DNA of 64,000 bases from Sphaerochaetaceae bacterium (GTDB lineage Bacteria; Spirochaetota; Spirochaetia; Sphaerochaetales; Sphaerochaetaceae), in contig CAXXSP010000063.1 of the NCBI GenBank assembly GCA_963676605.2, forward strand, positions 26,182 through 90,181, written 5' to 3'. The number at the start of each line of letters is the position of its first letter. Positions within the stretch are counted from its first letter, which is position 1. Positions 1-8,890 of this stretch are shown in pieces. A program made the position numbers and the translations under genes. The notes beneath the pieces were generated by a model, which saw nothing but the letters and a program-made list of their open reading frames with translations, was not told the origin of the DNA and did not search any database.

Positions 1-522
1 CAGGATGTGACTCATACACTGATGGTTTCTGGAGAGGTGATGGGCTGTATAAGTACGGTCTCTACCCCATTCAGAGGCTGCAGGAGTACTTTTATCGGAA
101 ACATGACCTATCGTTTCGTTTCAACCCGTTCGTTCGCCGAACGTTATTTCCCCCAGGAGATGGATGAAGCTTCCTTTCAGGAAGCACCGAAACTGAGTTT
201 TAATAAAGATGACGGGCTCTTATCACAGTGGGCTTCCCGTTTCTTCCCCCGTGCCGACTCCTTTCATAATTCCCACCTTGTTCCCTCCTCTGATCAGTTC
301 CCTATCCTGATTCGGCAGGGAGAAGTCTGCGGGATGCTGCCCGATTTTCAGTTTGAAGCCTATAAGGAACCGTATGAGCTCGTTGACCTTTCCAAGGGAT
401 ATCCGGTTTCAACTCCGCTCTACTGGCACAGGTGGAGTATTCAGTCATCCGAACTTGATCTGCTTACAGCTATCATTCAGGAAGTGGCGGATGAAAGGCT
501 CGCGAAAGACGAAAGTGAATAA
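1..522 (+). CDS. hypothetical protein, C-terminal fragment (frame open to the window edge)
   Basis: Frame 1 is open from nt 1 to the stop at 520-522. No motif recognised. Convergent with the next gene. Confidence 0.3.
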   Translation, partial: QDVTHTLMVSGEVMGCISTVSTPFRGCRSTFIGNMTYRFVSTRSFAERYFPQEMDEASFQEAPKLSFNKDDGLLSQWASRFFPRADSFHNSHLVPSSDQFPILIRQGEVCGMLPDFQFEAYKEPYELVDLSKGYPVSTPLYWHRWSIQSSELDLLTAIIQEVADERLAKDESE

Positions 523-666
523 GAATCCTGTTCTTGCCCATATAATTTCCATGAAGAGAGGGAAGAGATTTCATGGGAAGAGAATCCTTCAATGAGAAGT
601 GATGAATCTGCAGTTCAAGAAAGGAGCAATCCATCCTCAGGTAATGAGGAATGAGGTCGATATCGA

Positions 667-1536
667 TCAGAAGGCATACCTGCTCTCTTTGAGTCCACGG
701 GTATCGGTATGGATGGAAAAGACGCTTCCTGACAGAGGATACTCCTCCAGTTCTTTCTTGCTCAGGCCGGTTCTCGCGCTTGTGACATAGAGTGTGTCGA
801 GCTGTTCACCGCCGAAACACATGCAGGTGATATTCTTCGCAGGCAGTTCAACGATCCGGTCGACGTCCCCATGCGGTGAGTACCTGACGACACGTGCACC
901 ACCCCACTGAGCGTTCCAGAGGTACCCCTCGGCATCCACGATGGATCCGTCCGGATTTCCCGGCTGATCCTCGAAGGAGGCAAACACTCTCTTATCGGAA
1001 GGGGGGCCCTTCTGGGTATCATAATCGAAAGCCCAGATCAGCCGTTTCGGGGTATCTGTGAAATACATCACCTTCCCGTCAGGGGAGAAACAGATACTGT
1101 TTGCGCAGGTGATACCTTCCCACAGCGTCTGCACTTCAGTACCTTCTGTCACGCGGAAAAGAGAGCCTCTCTCCTTACTCTCAGGGTCGAAATCACCTAC
1201 GATGAACCGTCCCTGACGGTCACACCGTCCGTCATTGAGACGAACAGGGGAGGAGCCGTCATGAACCTGCGTGAGCCACTGGAGAGAGGGGTCATCCCAG
1301 GACCCGAAGGCGAAAGCCGAAGCGAAGGCGAACAGGAATCCTCCCCCTTTTCTCAAAGCGAACGAACAGAGCTTGTCCGGCATCTCCTTCGAATGCAGGC
1401 TCGAATCTTTCGAGTCCCACCGGTGTAGGCGCTTTTCATCTATATCGGTCCAGTACAGCGAGGAGGTATTCTCATCCCAGAGAATCCCCTCCCCGAGGGT
1501 ATTCCCGCACTCTATATGAACATTCGCCTCGTACAT
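667..1536 (-). CDS. SMP-30/gluconolactonase/LRE family protein
   Basis: GEGILWDE...LYWTDI...NDGRCD...PDG motifs typical of the regucalcin/gluconolactonase beta-propeller. Start moved to the ATG at 1536, which is preceded by AGGAGA. Confidence 0.8.
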   Translation of the reverse strand: MYEANVHIECGNTLGEGILWDENTSSLYWTDIDEKRLHRWDSKDSSLHSKEMPDKLCSFALRKGGGFLFAFASAFAFGSWDDPSLQWLTQVHDGSSPVRLNDGRCDRQGRFIVGDFDPESKERGSLFRVTEGTEVQTLWEGITCANSICFSPDGKVMYFTDTPKRLIWAFDYDTQKGPPSDKRVFASFEDQPGNPDGSIVDAEGYLWNAQWGGARVVRYSPHGDVDRIVELPAKNITCMCFGGEQLDTLYVTSARTGLSKKELEEYPLSGSVFSIHTDTRGLKESRYAF

Positions 1537-1546
1537 CTTTCGTCTC

Positions 1547-1909
1547 CTATCTCTTGAGGAGGTGGATCGCAAATCCTCCGATCTCACCAGTAAGATACAC
1601 AGCCTTCTTCACCCCGTTTTCATCCGTTGCGAGGGTATCGAGATCAAAGGTGTACCCGTGTTTCTCCATCACTTCCATCGCCGTGTCGATATCATCAGTG
1701 CCGAGAGCAATATGGCCATGGGTTCCCAGATAATTCTTCTTCACACATTCGATCACCGATCCCGCAAAAACGGATTTATTCCCATCTTTTCCCGGAAGGC
1801 TCAACAGACGGCAGAAACTCTCCTGCACGGCACGTGCCGTCTCCTCGTTCTCATTATTTATTCCCAGGTGAATAATCTCAAGATTCAGTTCTTTCATATC
1901 ATCAAACAT
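1547..1909 (-). CDS. VOC (glyoxalase/bleomycin-resistance/dioxygenase-like) family protein
   Basis: About 120 aa, with IIHLGINN...HGHIALGTDDID...GGFAIHLL pattern. The ATG at 1909 has an AAGGAG RBS 6 nt upstream. Confidence 0.65.
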   Translation of the reverse strand: MFDDMKELNLEIIHLGINNENEETARAVQESFCRLLSLPGKDGNKSVFAGSVIECVKKNYLGTHGHIALGTDDIDTAMEVMEKHGYTFDLDTLATDENGVKKAVYLTGEIGGFAIHLLKR

Positions 1910-2004
1910 CGATGCTCCTTCTGCTGCTCCATGTATATTAACCGGAGGCATCTTCTCATCTTATACATGATAACCTGTGCCGTGCGCAACGAGAAAAACT
2001 CAGG

Positions 2005-3159
2005 TCAGGGGATATCAACCGAGAGGATAGAGTGGATGGTATCAACGAAGTAGCTCACTTCATCATCGTCAATCATCTCGAAAATTTTCTGATCGCCGAG
2101 AAGTACATTGACTGCCTCCTGCAGCACTGCTGCAGAAGAGAACCGGATATCAAGGTCCCGTTCCTTTCCTTTTTCAGCCTGCCTGAACAGCTTCCTGTAT
2201 TCTTTCAGGCTGAAGGAGTCGAAGAAAAGTCCATGCGTCCTGTAGTATTCAAGATCATACGAAGCTGAGACGGGAATCACTTCTTCAGGGTTGATCGTAT
2301 GCGTTGTAAGGATCTGTTCTGTGGGAACTGTGAGAAAATTATAAGAGATGTCCTTATTCATGGGAGTGAGAGCTTCACCCGAGGTGACATCGACATGATA
2401 CCATCTCTCTCCCAGCTTCACCATGTTCCAGGCGTGACCGTTCAGCTCTTCAGGAATGAAAGGAGTGAAGAGAGAGAGAACTCCTCCATCATCCCCGTTC
2501 TGTTTCAGATCGCCCGTCACGATAATCGACTCGAACCCGAGGACGTGCATCAGATACTGGAACGAGCGGGCATACCCGGCGCACACCCCCTTTCCTTTCA
2601 CCAGGACACTGTACATCGACTGGTCGGTCACAGAAGAGCGGTATTTCGTCTCGGTTATGAGGTACTCATACACCCGTTTCACTTTCTCATACGGATCACT
2701 GACCTTCTCTGTACTTTTCACAACCTTCCCGGTGATATCGGCAACCTTATCCTTCTGTTTCACAAGATCGTCCCCGCTCGAGGTGTAGGTGAAATCGATT
2801 TTCACATCCACGGGAACCGAGTCAATTGAACGGGTCGTGAAGTTCAGCCTGGAATCGACCCAGAAGTATTCAGGATAGTCATTCAGTACCTTCATGAAGA
2901 TTCCAAAGAGATGTTTCCCCTCTTCTGCCGGGACCGTGATGGCAGCGACGCTGTCAGCGACAGCTTCCCTTATCATCTCATAGATCTCCCGATCCTCTGC
3001 TGTGTTCAGCAGACGATATCCGTATCGTTCGGTATCGAGTGAGTAGGAGGGTATGTGATGGTCTCCGGTGAGGGGGAAGGTCTCACTCTCTCCTCCCGCC
3101 TGTACGGCCGATACGGCAAGGAGAGTACAGAGAAACATAGCGAAAAGGCGTCTGTTCAT
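2005..3159 (-). CDS. secreted transglutaminase-like (cysteine peptidase fold) protein
   Basis: N-terminal signal peptide (LLAVSAVQAGG). Transglutaminase-core triad context: GKGVCAGYARSF...HAWNMV...WYHVDVT. Confidence 0.75.
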   Translation of the reverse strand: MNRRLFAMFLCTLLAVSAVQAGGESETFPLTGDHHIPSYSLDTERYGYRLLNTAEDREIYEMIREAVADSVAAITVPAEEGKHLFGIFMKVLNDYPEYFWVDSRLNFTTRSIDSVPVDVKIDFTYTSSGDDLVKQKDKVADITGKVVKSTEKVSDPYEKVKRVYEYLITETKYRSSVTDQSMYSVLVKGKGVCAGYARSFQYLMHVLGFESIIVTGDLKQNGDDGGVLSLFTPFIPEELNGHAWNMVKLGERWYHVDVTSGEALTPMNKDISYNFLTVPTEQILTTHTINPEEVIPVSASYDLEYYRTHGLFFDSFSLKEYRKLFRQAEKGKERDLDIRFSSAAVLQEAVNVLLGDQKIFEMIDDDEVSYFVDTIHSILSVDIP

Positions 3160-3248
3160 GCTCTTATCCTAAAGAGTCCTCACTTCTCAGTCAATCTCGA
3201 TTGTGATACCTGAAGAATCCTGATACGATACCCTCAGGAAAATGATGT

Positions 3249-3902
3249 ATGAAAGAACAGACTGACCTGTATGCACTCGATCTCGCTTCCCTCGGCATCA
3301 CAACCGTCGCGCTTGATTACGGCGGAGTCATTGCCGACATGATTGAAGAGGACACACTTTCCATCCTTGCAGAATTCGCAGGTGTTCCAAAGAGCCGATT
3401 CATATCTCCCTACTGGTCTCTCAGAACCTCCTACGATGAGGGTGTGTGGAACTTCGAAACCTACATGAGGAATGTCTTCGCCGCCTGTGATTCTCCTTTC
3501 ACAGAACAGGCGGATTATCACACACTCTTTCTCACCGACACCAGGGCTTACTCAAGGGTGAGAGAAAAGATGATAGAGTGGATCAGACGGATGAAGAAAG
3601 AGGGTATCACCTTCATCATCATCTCAAACATCGCAGTTGAAGCAGCACAGCTGCTGATCGAAGAAAGTGATTGGGCATCTCTGTTCGACCACCGGATCTA
3701 TTCGGGAGAAGTCGGCATCAACAAACCGGATCAGAGGATCTTCCGCCATGCGCTCAGTCTCCTGAATTCAGACGGCAGCAGTGCTTTGTTCATCGACGAC
3801 AGAAAGGAGAATGTGGAGGCTGCAGAAACTGCAGGTTTCATGGGAGCCTGGTCGATACGGGACGGAGTTATCTGCTCAGGCCAGGTGAACGGCTGTCATT
3901 GA
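3249..3902 (+). CDS. HAD-superfamily hydrolase
   Basis: HAD motif I-like ALDYGGVIA, motif III INKPD and motif IV FIDDRKENVEAAETAGF. Confidence 0.75.
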   Translation: MKEQTDLYALDLASLGITTVALDYGGVIADMIEEDTLSILAEFAGVPKSRFISPYWSLRTSYDEGVWNFETYMRNVFAACDSPFTEQADYHTLFLTDTRAYSRVREKMIEWIRRMKKEGITFIIISNIAVEAAQLLIEESDWASLFDHRIYSGEVGINKPDQRIFRHALSLLNSDGSSALFIDDRKENVEAAETAGFMGAWSIRDGVICSGQVNGCH

Positions 3903-3960
3903 GGAGCATGGTCTCAGAAAGGGAAAAACGCCGTCTCAGTATTTCCTGCCGTCGGAGAGG

Positions 3961-4842
3961 TCAGATCTCAATCCCGAACAAAAGACGTACCACCACTCCG
4001 ATCCCGAAGGAGAAGAGTGCGACTCCGAGGCTGATTCCTGCCATTTCAAAGAATCTCTTCCTGAAGTTCAGGTCCTTTGCGACTGAGATGTAGTAGTTGA
4101 AGGAGGCTATGATCAGTACCGAGATGGAGAGAGTACTGATCAGGCAGACCAGGTAATGGCTGAAGATCAGATAGGGTATGATCAGCAGGAAGACGGTGAT
4201 GATGTAGGCGATTCCAGTATAGATTGAGGACTTGAGCGGCTCCTCCTCTCCATCAGCCTTGCTGGAGAGGTATTCGCTTGCAGCCATCGAGAAGGATGCG
4301 GCGATACCTGTGATGAGTCCCGAGAAGGCGATAATCCGCGTATTCTGGAAGGCGAAAGAGAGACCGGCGAGAGCTCCTGTGAGCTCCACAAGGGCATCAT
4401 TCAGGCCGAGCACGATGCTTCCTATGTAGGCAAGGCGTTCTTCCCTGATCATGGCAAGGAGGGCATGCTCGTGAGCTTCTTCCTGTTCCACGATCTCGCT
4501 GAATCCCGGCACGTACTCTTCGAGCCCGGCGTAATCTATATTGACGGCCTTGTCCTCATCCTTCTCAAGAAGTTTGAGACCGAAGGTCATGCCGAAGATA
4601 CGGACGATGAAGAGAAAGAAGAGGACCTTTCCCTTCTGGGCTTTCATCTTCCTTCCGGTAATCTTCTCAAGACGGACATAGTGAGCCTGTTCCTCCCGCG
4701 CGATATCCTTCAGGATCTTCGCGTTCTTCTCATCTTTCATGATCGCTGCGGCTCGTGTATACACGGCAACTGCAGTAACTTCATTCTGCTGATCGGTCTC
4801 GATCTGACGCATCACATCACGGGGTATCTGCTGTTCACTCAT
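3961..4842 (-). CDS. erythrin/ferritin-like domain fused to VIT1/CCC1 family iron/manganese transporter
   Basis: N-terminal ferritin-like EExAH repeats (EEQAHY, QEEAHEHAL). C-terminal VIT1 TM core (LGLNDALVELTGALAG...SMAASEYLS). Confidence 0.8.
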   Translation of the reverse strand: MSEQQIPRDVMRQIETDQQNEVTAVAVYTRAAAIMKDEKNAKILKDIAREEQAHYVRLEKITGRKMKAQKGKVLFFLFIVRIFGMTFGLKLLEKDEDKAVNIDYAGLEEYVPGFSEIVEQEEAHEHALLAMIREERLAYIGSIVLGLNDALVELTGALAGLSFAFQNTRIIAFSGLITGIAASFSMAASEYLSSKADGEEEPLKSSIYTGIAYIITVFLLIIPYLIFSHYLVCLISTLSISVLIIASFNYYISVAKDLNFRKRFFEMAGISLGVALFSFGIGVVVRLLFGIEI

Positions 4843-4852
4843 CGCTACTTCC

Positions 4853-5500
4853 TCAGTTCGTTCCGTACTTCATCTGGTAGGAGACCGCCCGCTGGGTCAG
4901 TTCCTTCAGGTTCGATATATCGAGCTTCTTTTTCACATTCTCAAGGTGGGAACTGACAGTCGAGCTCTGGATACCGTAGGTCTCGGCGATCTCTCTGTTC
5001 GTAAGCCCCTTCCCTATCATATGGAAAATTGCCTTTTCCCGCTTCGTAAGAGAACTCAGGTCCTCAAGATAGGTATCACCGCCCTCTTTCTTCTTCGTCC
5101 TGCGGACTCCGGCCCGGGAGGATATATACTTCTGACCTGAGGCTACGGTTCTCACCGCCTCGATAAGCGCCTGTGAAGCATCACGCTTGGGGAGAAAGCC
5201 AAGAGCTCCACACTCGAAGGCCCTGTCGGCGTACTCCTTCTCCCAGAGCATCGTGATGGCGAGTATCTTCACGCTTCGGTAATGCCGTGCTACATACTCG
5301 ATCACATCATACCCGCGAAGCACACCGTCTATGACCATGTCGACGATCAGCACATCAGGCTGCTGCGCCTTCAGAAGCCCTTTCAGCTCCTTCACATTTC
5401 CGGTATCTCCGATGATGGAAAACTCCTCATACGTACCAAGAACAGCCTTCAGGCCGTCACGCATCAGGTGATGATCATCAAGTATCATAAGGGTTGTCAT
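4853..5500 (-). CDS. NarL/FixJ (LuxR HTH) family response regulator
   Basis: REC domain (ILDDHHL...DVLIVDM...) plus LuxR HTH (LTKREKAIFHMIGKGLTNREIAETYGIQSSTVSSHL). Overlaps the upstream kinase by 4 nt. Confidence 0.9.
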   Translation of the reverse strand: MTTLMILDDHHLMRDGLKAVLGTYEEFSIIGDTGNVKELKGLLKAQQPDVLIVDMVIDGVLRGYDVIEYVARHYRSVKILAITMLWEKEYADRAFECGALGFLPKRDASQALIEAVRTVASGQKYISSRAGVRRTKKKEGGDTYLEDLSSLTKREKAIFHMIGKGLTNREIAETYGIQSSTVSSHLENVKKKLDISNLKELTQRAVSYQMKYGTN

Positions 5501-7605
5501 ACTCCACGTTTCTCCATGTCTTTTCCTGAACTCTTCAGGGGGATTGTCGCTTCTATCGTGTAGGTTCCGTCCTCACCGTACCCGCTGCTGAAGGTCCCCC
5601 CGTGCGAAGCTGCACGGTAGGACATGATGCTTGTACCGTGCCCTCCGCTCTTTTGCGCCTTCTGAGGCTCTCCGGAGGACTTTCGAAAGGCTCCGTCATT
5701 CGTCACCCTGAGAGTGAACAGGGTATCGCCGACATCGAGGGATATCGTGATCTTCTCGGGGGATGCATGGCGGAGCGCATTCGTCATGCCTTCACGTACA
5801 ATATTGTATACATCACCTGTACAGGACAGATCAAGGGGGATATCTTTTACGGGACAGAAAATATCGACCGATAGGTCGTGTCGGGCCATCAGATTCTCCG
5901 CATCACGCTCTATGGCAGCCAAAAGCCCCCTCTCACCGATACCCACAGGATACAGTTCCCCGATGATCGTGTAGAGGTTACTCTTGATCTCCTCGTTGAG
6001 TTCCAGCATACCCCCGATCTTCCTCTCAAGATCCCTGGGAATCTCTCCCTGAAGTCTCACGGATTCTCCAAGGAGTTCCATCGCATGAATAGACTGTCCG
6101 AGGGTATCATGCAGGTCCCGCCCCACTCGCTTTCTCTCCTCTTCAGCACACCTGATACCTTCCAGGTCTCTCATCGCCTCATGAGCGGAACGGACCTCTC
6201 CCGTCCTTCTTTCGACCTCTTCCTCAAGATTCTCATTGAGGTGACCCAGTGACTCGGTGAGCTTCTGAACCTCCTGGAAGGAGGAGGTCATCTTCATTGC
6301 AAGGGCAAGGGCCTGAAAGAAGATGAAAAAGATCATACCGAGCTCGATAAAGGTTCCGGTCCTGCTGGTGAAGGAGAGATAGAAGAAGTCATTGATGATG
6401 GATGCGATGATAAAACAGGTTCCGAGAAGTGTCAGGAGAGCTCCTGTCACGTTGGCAATTACCGCTTTCAGCATCACATATACCATGGAAAAGAGAGATA
6501 CAGACAGAAAGAGGTAGAATGGATAGACCGTGTAGGTGAACAGAGCCGGGGGAAGAATAAGCACGGCAAGTGTGAACAGTGACGAGGTGCCGAGAATCGT
6601 GTAATAGAGCCTCCTGTCAAACTGTCTGGGATACATATTGTGGAACAGTATTGCCGCGGCAGGTACCGCGAGGTAGAGGGTCAGGTATTCGCAGGCTATG
6701 ATGAGACGGAACGGCAGGGTCGGAAAGAAATGAAGTATGAGGTAGTGATCGGGAAAGAGAGCTCTGAGGGCGAACAGGAGGCTCAGGAGGGAGAGATAGA
6801 GGTAGTATCCTTCATGGCGCCTCAGGAGATAGACTCCCGTATAGAAGAAGGCCATGATCATGAGTGACGAGAAGAGGATGATGCCCCTTACTTCGCTGAT
6901 CCAGTGCCAGGAGGAGAGCGTCTCGTAGGGGCCGAACCAGAGACTGCTCCAGGGGCCTCCTGTCCGGTAATCCCAGTTCGATACCTGAAGGATGATCTCG
7001 TAGCTCTTTTCCGCCCTCATCATGAACAGGGGACTCGTGGCCGGCCGGTAGGCCGGCTGTGAACTCTCCGCCTCAACGCCCACCTGCCCTACTTCGAGAA
7101 TATTTTCGCCGTTGATGAACAGACGGAACGCAGTCGAGAGGGAACCGTTCTGAATAGCTAGCGGGTATTCCTCCGCAGCCAGATCAACCACCAGACGGTA
7201 GGTCGCATACCCGTGGTTTCCTATCCGGTCATCATAATTCCATCTGGAAGGAACCTCAGTATAGGAATCACCGGAGAACACATCCCCGGGAAACAGTAGG
7301 CGGTTCGGATAGAATTCCCATTCTCCGTCGAGAGGAACCGGACCTCTTGTGGAGAAATCCCAGCTGTTCAGCTCCAGAACACCTTTCTCTGCTCGAGGAA
7401 ACTCTTTCGGGATCAGCGTATGTCTTCTATCGAGAGCGTAATAGAAGAAGAGAATCACCAGCAATACGGCAATAAGCACATACAGAAGGATCCTGAATGT
7501 ATCGTTTTTCCATCTTCCTGATCCTCTCATCTTTGATCCTGCCTCTCCCGTTTTCCTCTGATGTGCTGCAGTATAGCATATCAGATCGGTATGAGAATAT
7601 AGCAT
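5497..7605 (-). CDS. 7TMR-DISM type sensor histidine kinase (HisKA_3/NarX class)
   Basis: N-terminal TM, extracytoplasmic domain with LDGEWEFYPNRLL (DISMED2-like) and a 7-TM block. HisKA_3 H-box RDLHDTLGQ and HATPase_c (NALRHA...). The true start may be the internal ATG at 7530. Confidence 0.85.
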   Translation of the reverse strand: MLYSHTDLICYTAAHQRKTGEAGSKMRGSGRWKNDTFRILLYVLIAVLLVILFFYYALDRRHTLIPKEFPRAEKGVLELNSWDFSTRGPVPLDGEWEFYPNRLLFPGDVFSGDSYTEVPSRWNYDDRIGNHGYATYRLVVDLAAEEYPLAIQNGSLSTAFRLFINGENILEVGQVGVEAESSQPAYRPATSPLFMMRAEKSYEIILQVSNWDYRTGGPWSSLWFGPYETLSSWHWISEVRGIILFSSLMIMAFFYTGVYLLRRHEGYYLYLSLLSLLFALRALFPDHYLILHFFPTLPFRLIIACEYLTLYLAVPAAAILFHNMYPRQFDRRLYYTILGTSSLFTLAVLILPPALFTYTVYPFYLFLSVSLFSMVYVMLKAVIANVTGALLTLLGTCFIIASIINDFFYLSFTSRTGTFIELGMIFFIFFQALALAMKMTSSFQEVQKLTESLGHLNENLEEEVERRTGEVRSAHEAMRDLEGIRCAEEERKRVGRDLHDTLGQSIHAMELLGESVRLQGEIPRDLERKIGGMLELNEEIKSNLYTIIGELYPVGIGERGLLAAIERDAENLMARHDLSVDIFCPVKDIPLDLSCTGDVYNIVREGMTNALRHASPEKITISLDVGDTLFTLRVTNDGAFRKSSGEPQKAQKSGGHGTSIMSYRAASHGGTFSSGYGEDGTYTIEATIPLKSSGKDMEKRGV

Positions 7606-7686
7606 ATTATAGTAGTTTCATCTCCCCCGGCAGACTTCTCTCTCCCTTCAATTCCTACAATTCATAAAAAAATCAGGGAGATACCC

Positions 7687-7715
7687 TTGACAGAAAATCT
7701 TCACGGACACATACT
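7687..7715 (+). promoter_or_regulatory. sigma70-like promoter (TTGACA-17 nt-CATACT)
   Basis: Perfect -35 at 7687-7692, a 17-nt spacer and a 4/6 -10 at 7710-7715. Lies about 40 nt upstream of the micro-ORF RBS. Confidence 0.4.
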
Positions 7716-7718
7716 GTA

Positions 7719-7741
7719 TATACCCTACGGGGGTACCCTAT
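7719..7741 (+). promoter_or_regulatory. CsoR/RcnR-type GC-rich pseudo-palindromic operator candidate
   Basis: ATATACCCTACGGGGGTACCCTAT. Arms TACCC (7721-7725) and GGGTA (7731-7735) flank a 5-nt core, immediately downstream of the -10 box. Confidence 0.5.
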
Positions 7742-7756
7742 TTAAGGAGGACGACC

Positions 7757-7900
7757 ATGAACAGAATACTGGCCTATTTCAGAAGAAAGTTCACAGCCTA
7801 TCTTGAAAGACTCGGTGAAGCGAACAAGAAGCAGTTCGGTGAGGACCGACTTGAATGTTGTGCCCTTAATTCGAAAAAACCGCACGACACAACAGCATAA
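7757..7900 (+). CDS. 47-aa small protein with Cys-Cys motif (LDCC-motif putative metal-binding protein-like)
   Basis: Below the 60-aa cutoff of the ORF track. AAGGAGG RBS 7 nt upstream. Translation: MNRILAYFRRKFTAYLERLGEANKKQFGEDRLECCALNSKKPHDTTA. The next gene follows after 18 nt and has its own RBS. Confidence 0.6.
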   Translation: MNRILAYFRRKFTAYLERLGEANKKQFGEDRLECCALNSKKPHDTTA

Positions 7901-7918
7901 GGTGTCAGGAGGAAAACT

Positions 7919-8167
7919 ATGCATTACTGGTATGGACCGTTTGACCGGTTTGGAAATTTCTCTTTCGGAGGTATCACTATGATGATTCTATTTGTGGCTG
8001 TCATTGCCGTCGTAATCTATCTCCTTGTCAGGAACAATCAGACAGGACATGGGGATGGACGCTACCACAGCGAACAGGATGCCCTTGAGATCCTGAAGAA
8101 CAGGTTTGCCAAAGGCGAAATCGATGAAGCTGAATACAGACGAGTCAAGGATGAACTGCTTTCATAG
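7919..8167 (+). CDS. SHOCT domain-containing membrane protein
   Basis: One TM helix (ITMMILFVAVIAVVIYLLV) and a C-terminal SHOCT motif (LEILKNRFAKGEIDEAEYRRVKDEL). Confidence 0.8.
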   Translation: MHYWYGPFDRFGNFSFGGITMMILFVAVIAVVIYLLVRNNQTGHGDGRYHSEQDALEILKNRFAKGEIDEAEYRRVKDELLS

Positions 8168-8182
8168 CGGGAAGGAGACATC

Positions 8183-8845
8183 ATGAAGAAACTGATTCTT
8201 ATCGCGGCTGTAGCCGCTGTTCTGCTTTCACCCCTCGCAGCCAATGAGGAAGGGCATGAAGACCTGGCTGACTATCTCCCGCACTTTCTCAGTACGTACG
8301 GTGTGAACGACATCTCAGAGATACAGCTTTCGGCAGTCTCTGACAGTGATCTTGAGATCCTTGGGGACTCCGTGATGGAGGAACTGATCAATGATCCGTG
8401 GCATCACAGCATGTATGACGCTATGCTCGGAGGAGAAGGTTCCTCCCAGCTTGCAGAGTACCATATCTCTCTTGCACGCGATTATATCAGATCAGAGGGA
8501 GAACTCCCGTCAACCTACGGGTACAACTCAGGGTACGGCATGCCCATGGGCATGCATGGAGGATTCCGCTCCTGGGGGCGAACAGGTTCCCCATGGGGTT
8601 CTGACGGCTTCTCGTCATTCCCTATGGGATGGCCGGGATACACCGGCACCTCTTCCTGGGTGTACCGGTGGCTGATCCCGTCTGCGGGTCTGCTCATCAT
8701 CATTGCAGGAATCATCATCACTGTCATCCTTCTTCGAAAAAAGGAAAGCAGGAACGGGACGTATCTCAGCATACTTGAGAGACGGCTCGCTTCAGGCGAA
8801 ATCAGCAGCGAGGAGTTCCTCCGTTTGAAGAAGATTCTTCGCTGA
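8183..8845 (+). CDS. exported SHOCT domain protein with Met/His-rich segment
   Basis: Signal peptide, an ectodomain containing GYGMPMGMHGG and several His, one TM helix and a C-terminal SHOCT motif (LERRLASGEISSEEFLRLKKIL). Confidence 0.8.
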   Translation: MKKLILIAAVAAVLLSPLAANEEGHEDLADYLPHFLSTYGVNDISEIQLSAVSDSDLEILGDSVMEELINDPWHHSMYDAMLGGEGSSQLAEYHISLARDYIRSEGELPSTYGYNSGYGMPMGMHGGFRSWGRTGSPWGSDGFSSFPMGWPGYTGTSSWVYRWLIPSAGLLIIIAGIIITVILLRKKESRNGTYLSILERRLASGEISSEEFLRLKKILR

Positions 8846-8858
8846 AGCACATACCTGG

Positions 8859-8890
8859 GAGGGGAAGAGGGAAACTTCTTCCCCTCTCTT
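8859..8890 (+). terminator. hairpin terminator between convergent genes
   Basis: Perfect 10-bp stem GAGGGGAAGA/TCTTCCCCTC with an 8-nt loop, followed by TCTT (weak U-tract). Confidence 0.45.

Noticed and set aside
7742-7924. 60-aa minus-strand ORF
   Set aside because: It is antisense to the RBS-preceded micro-ORF and to the start of the SHOCT gene. It has no RBS and an implausible composition.
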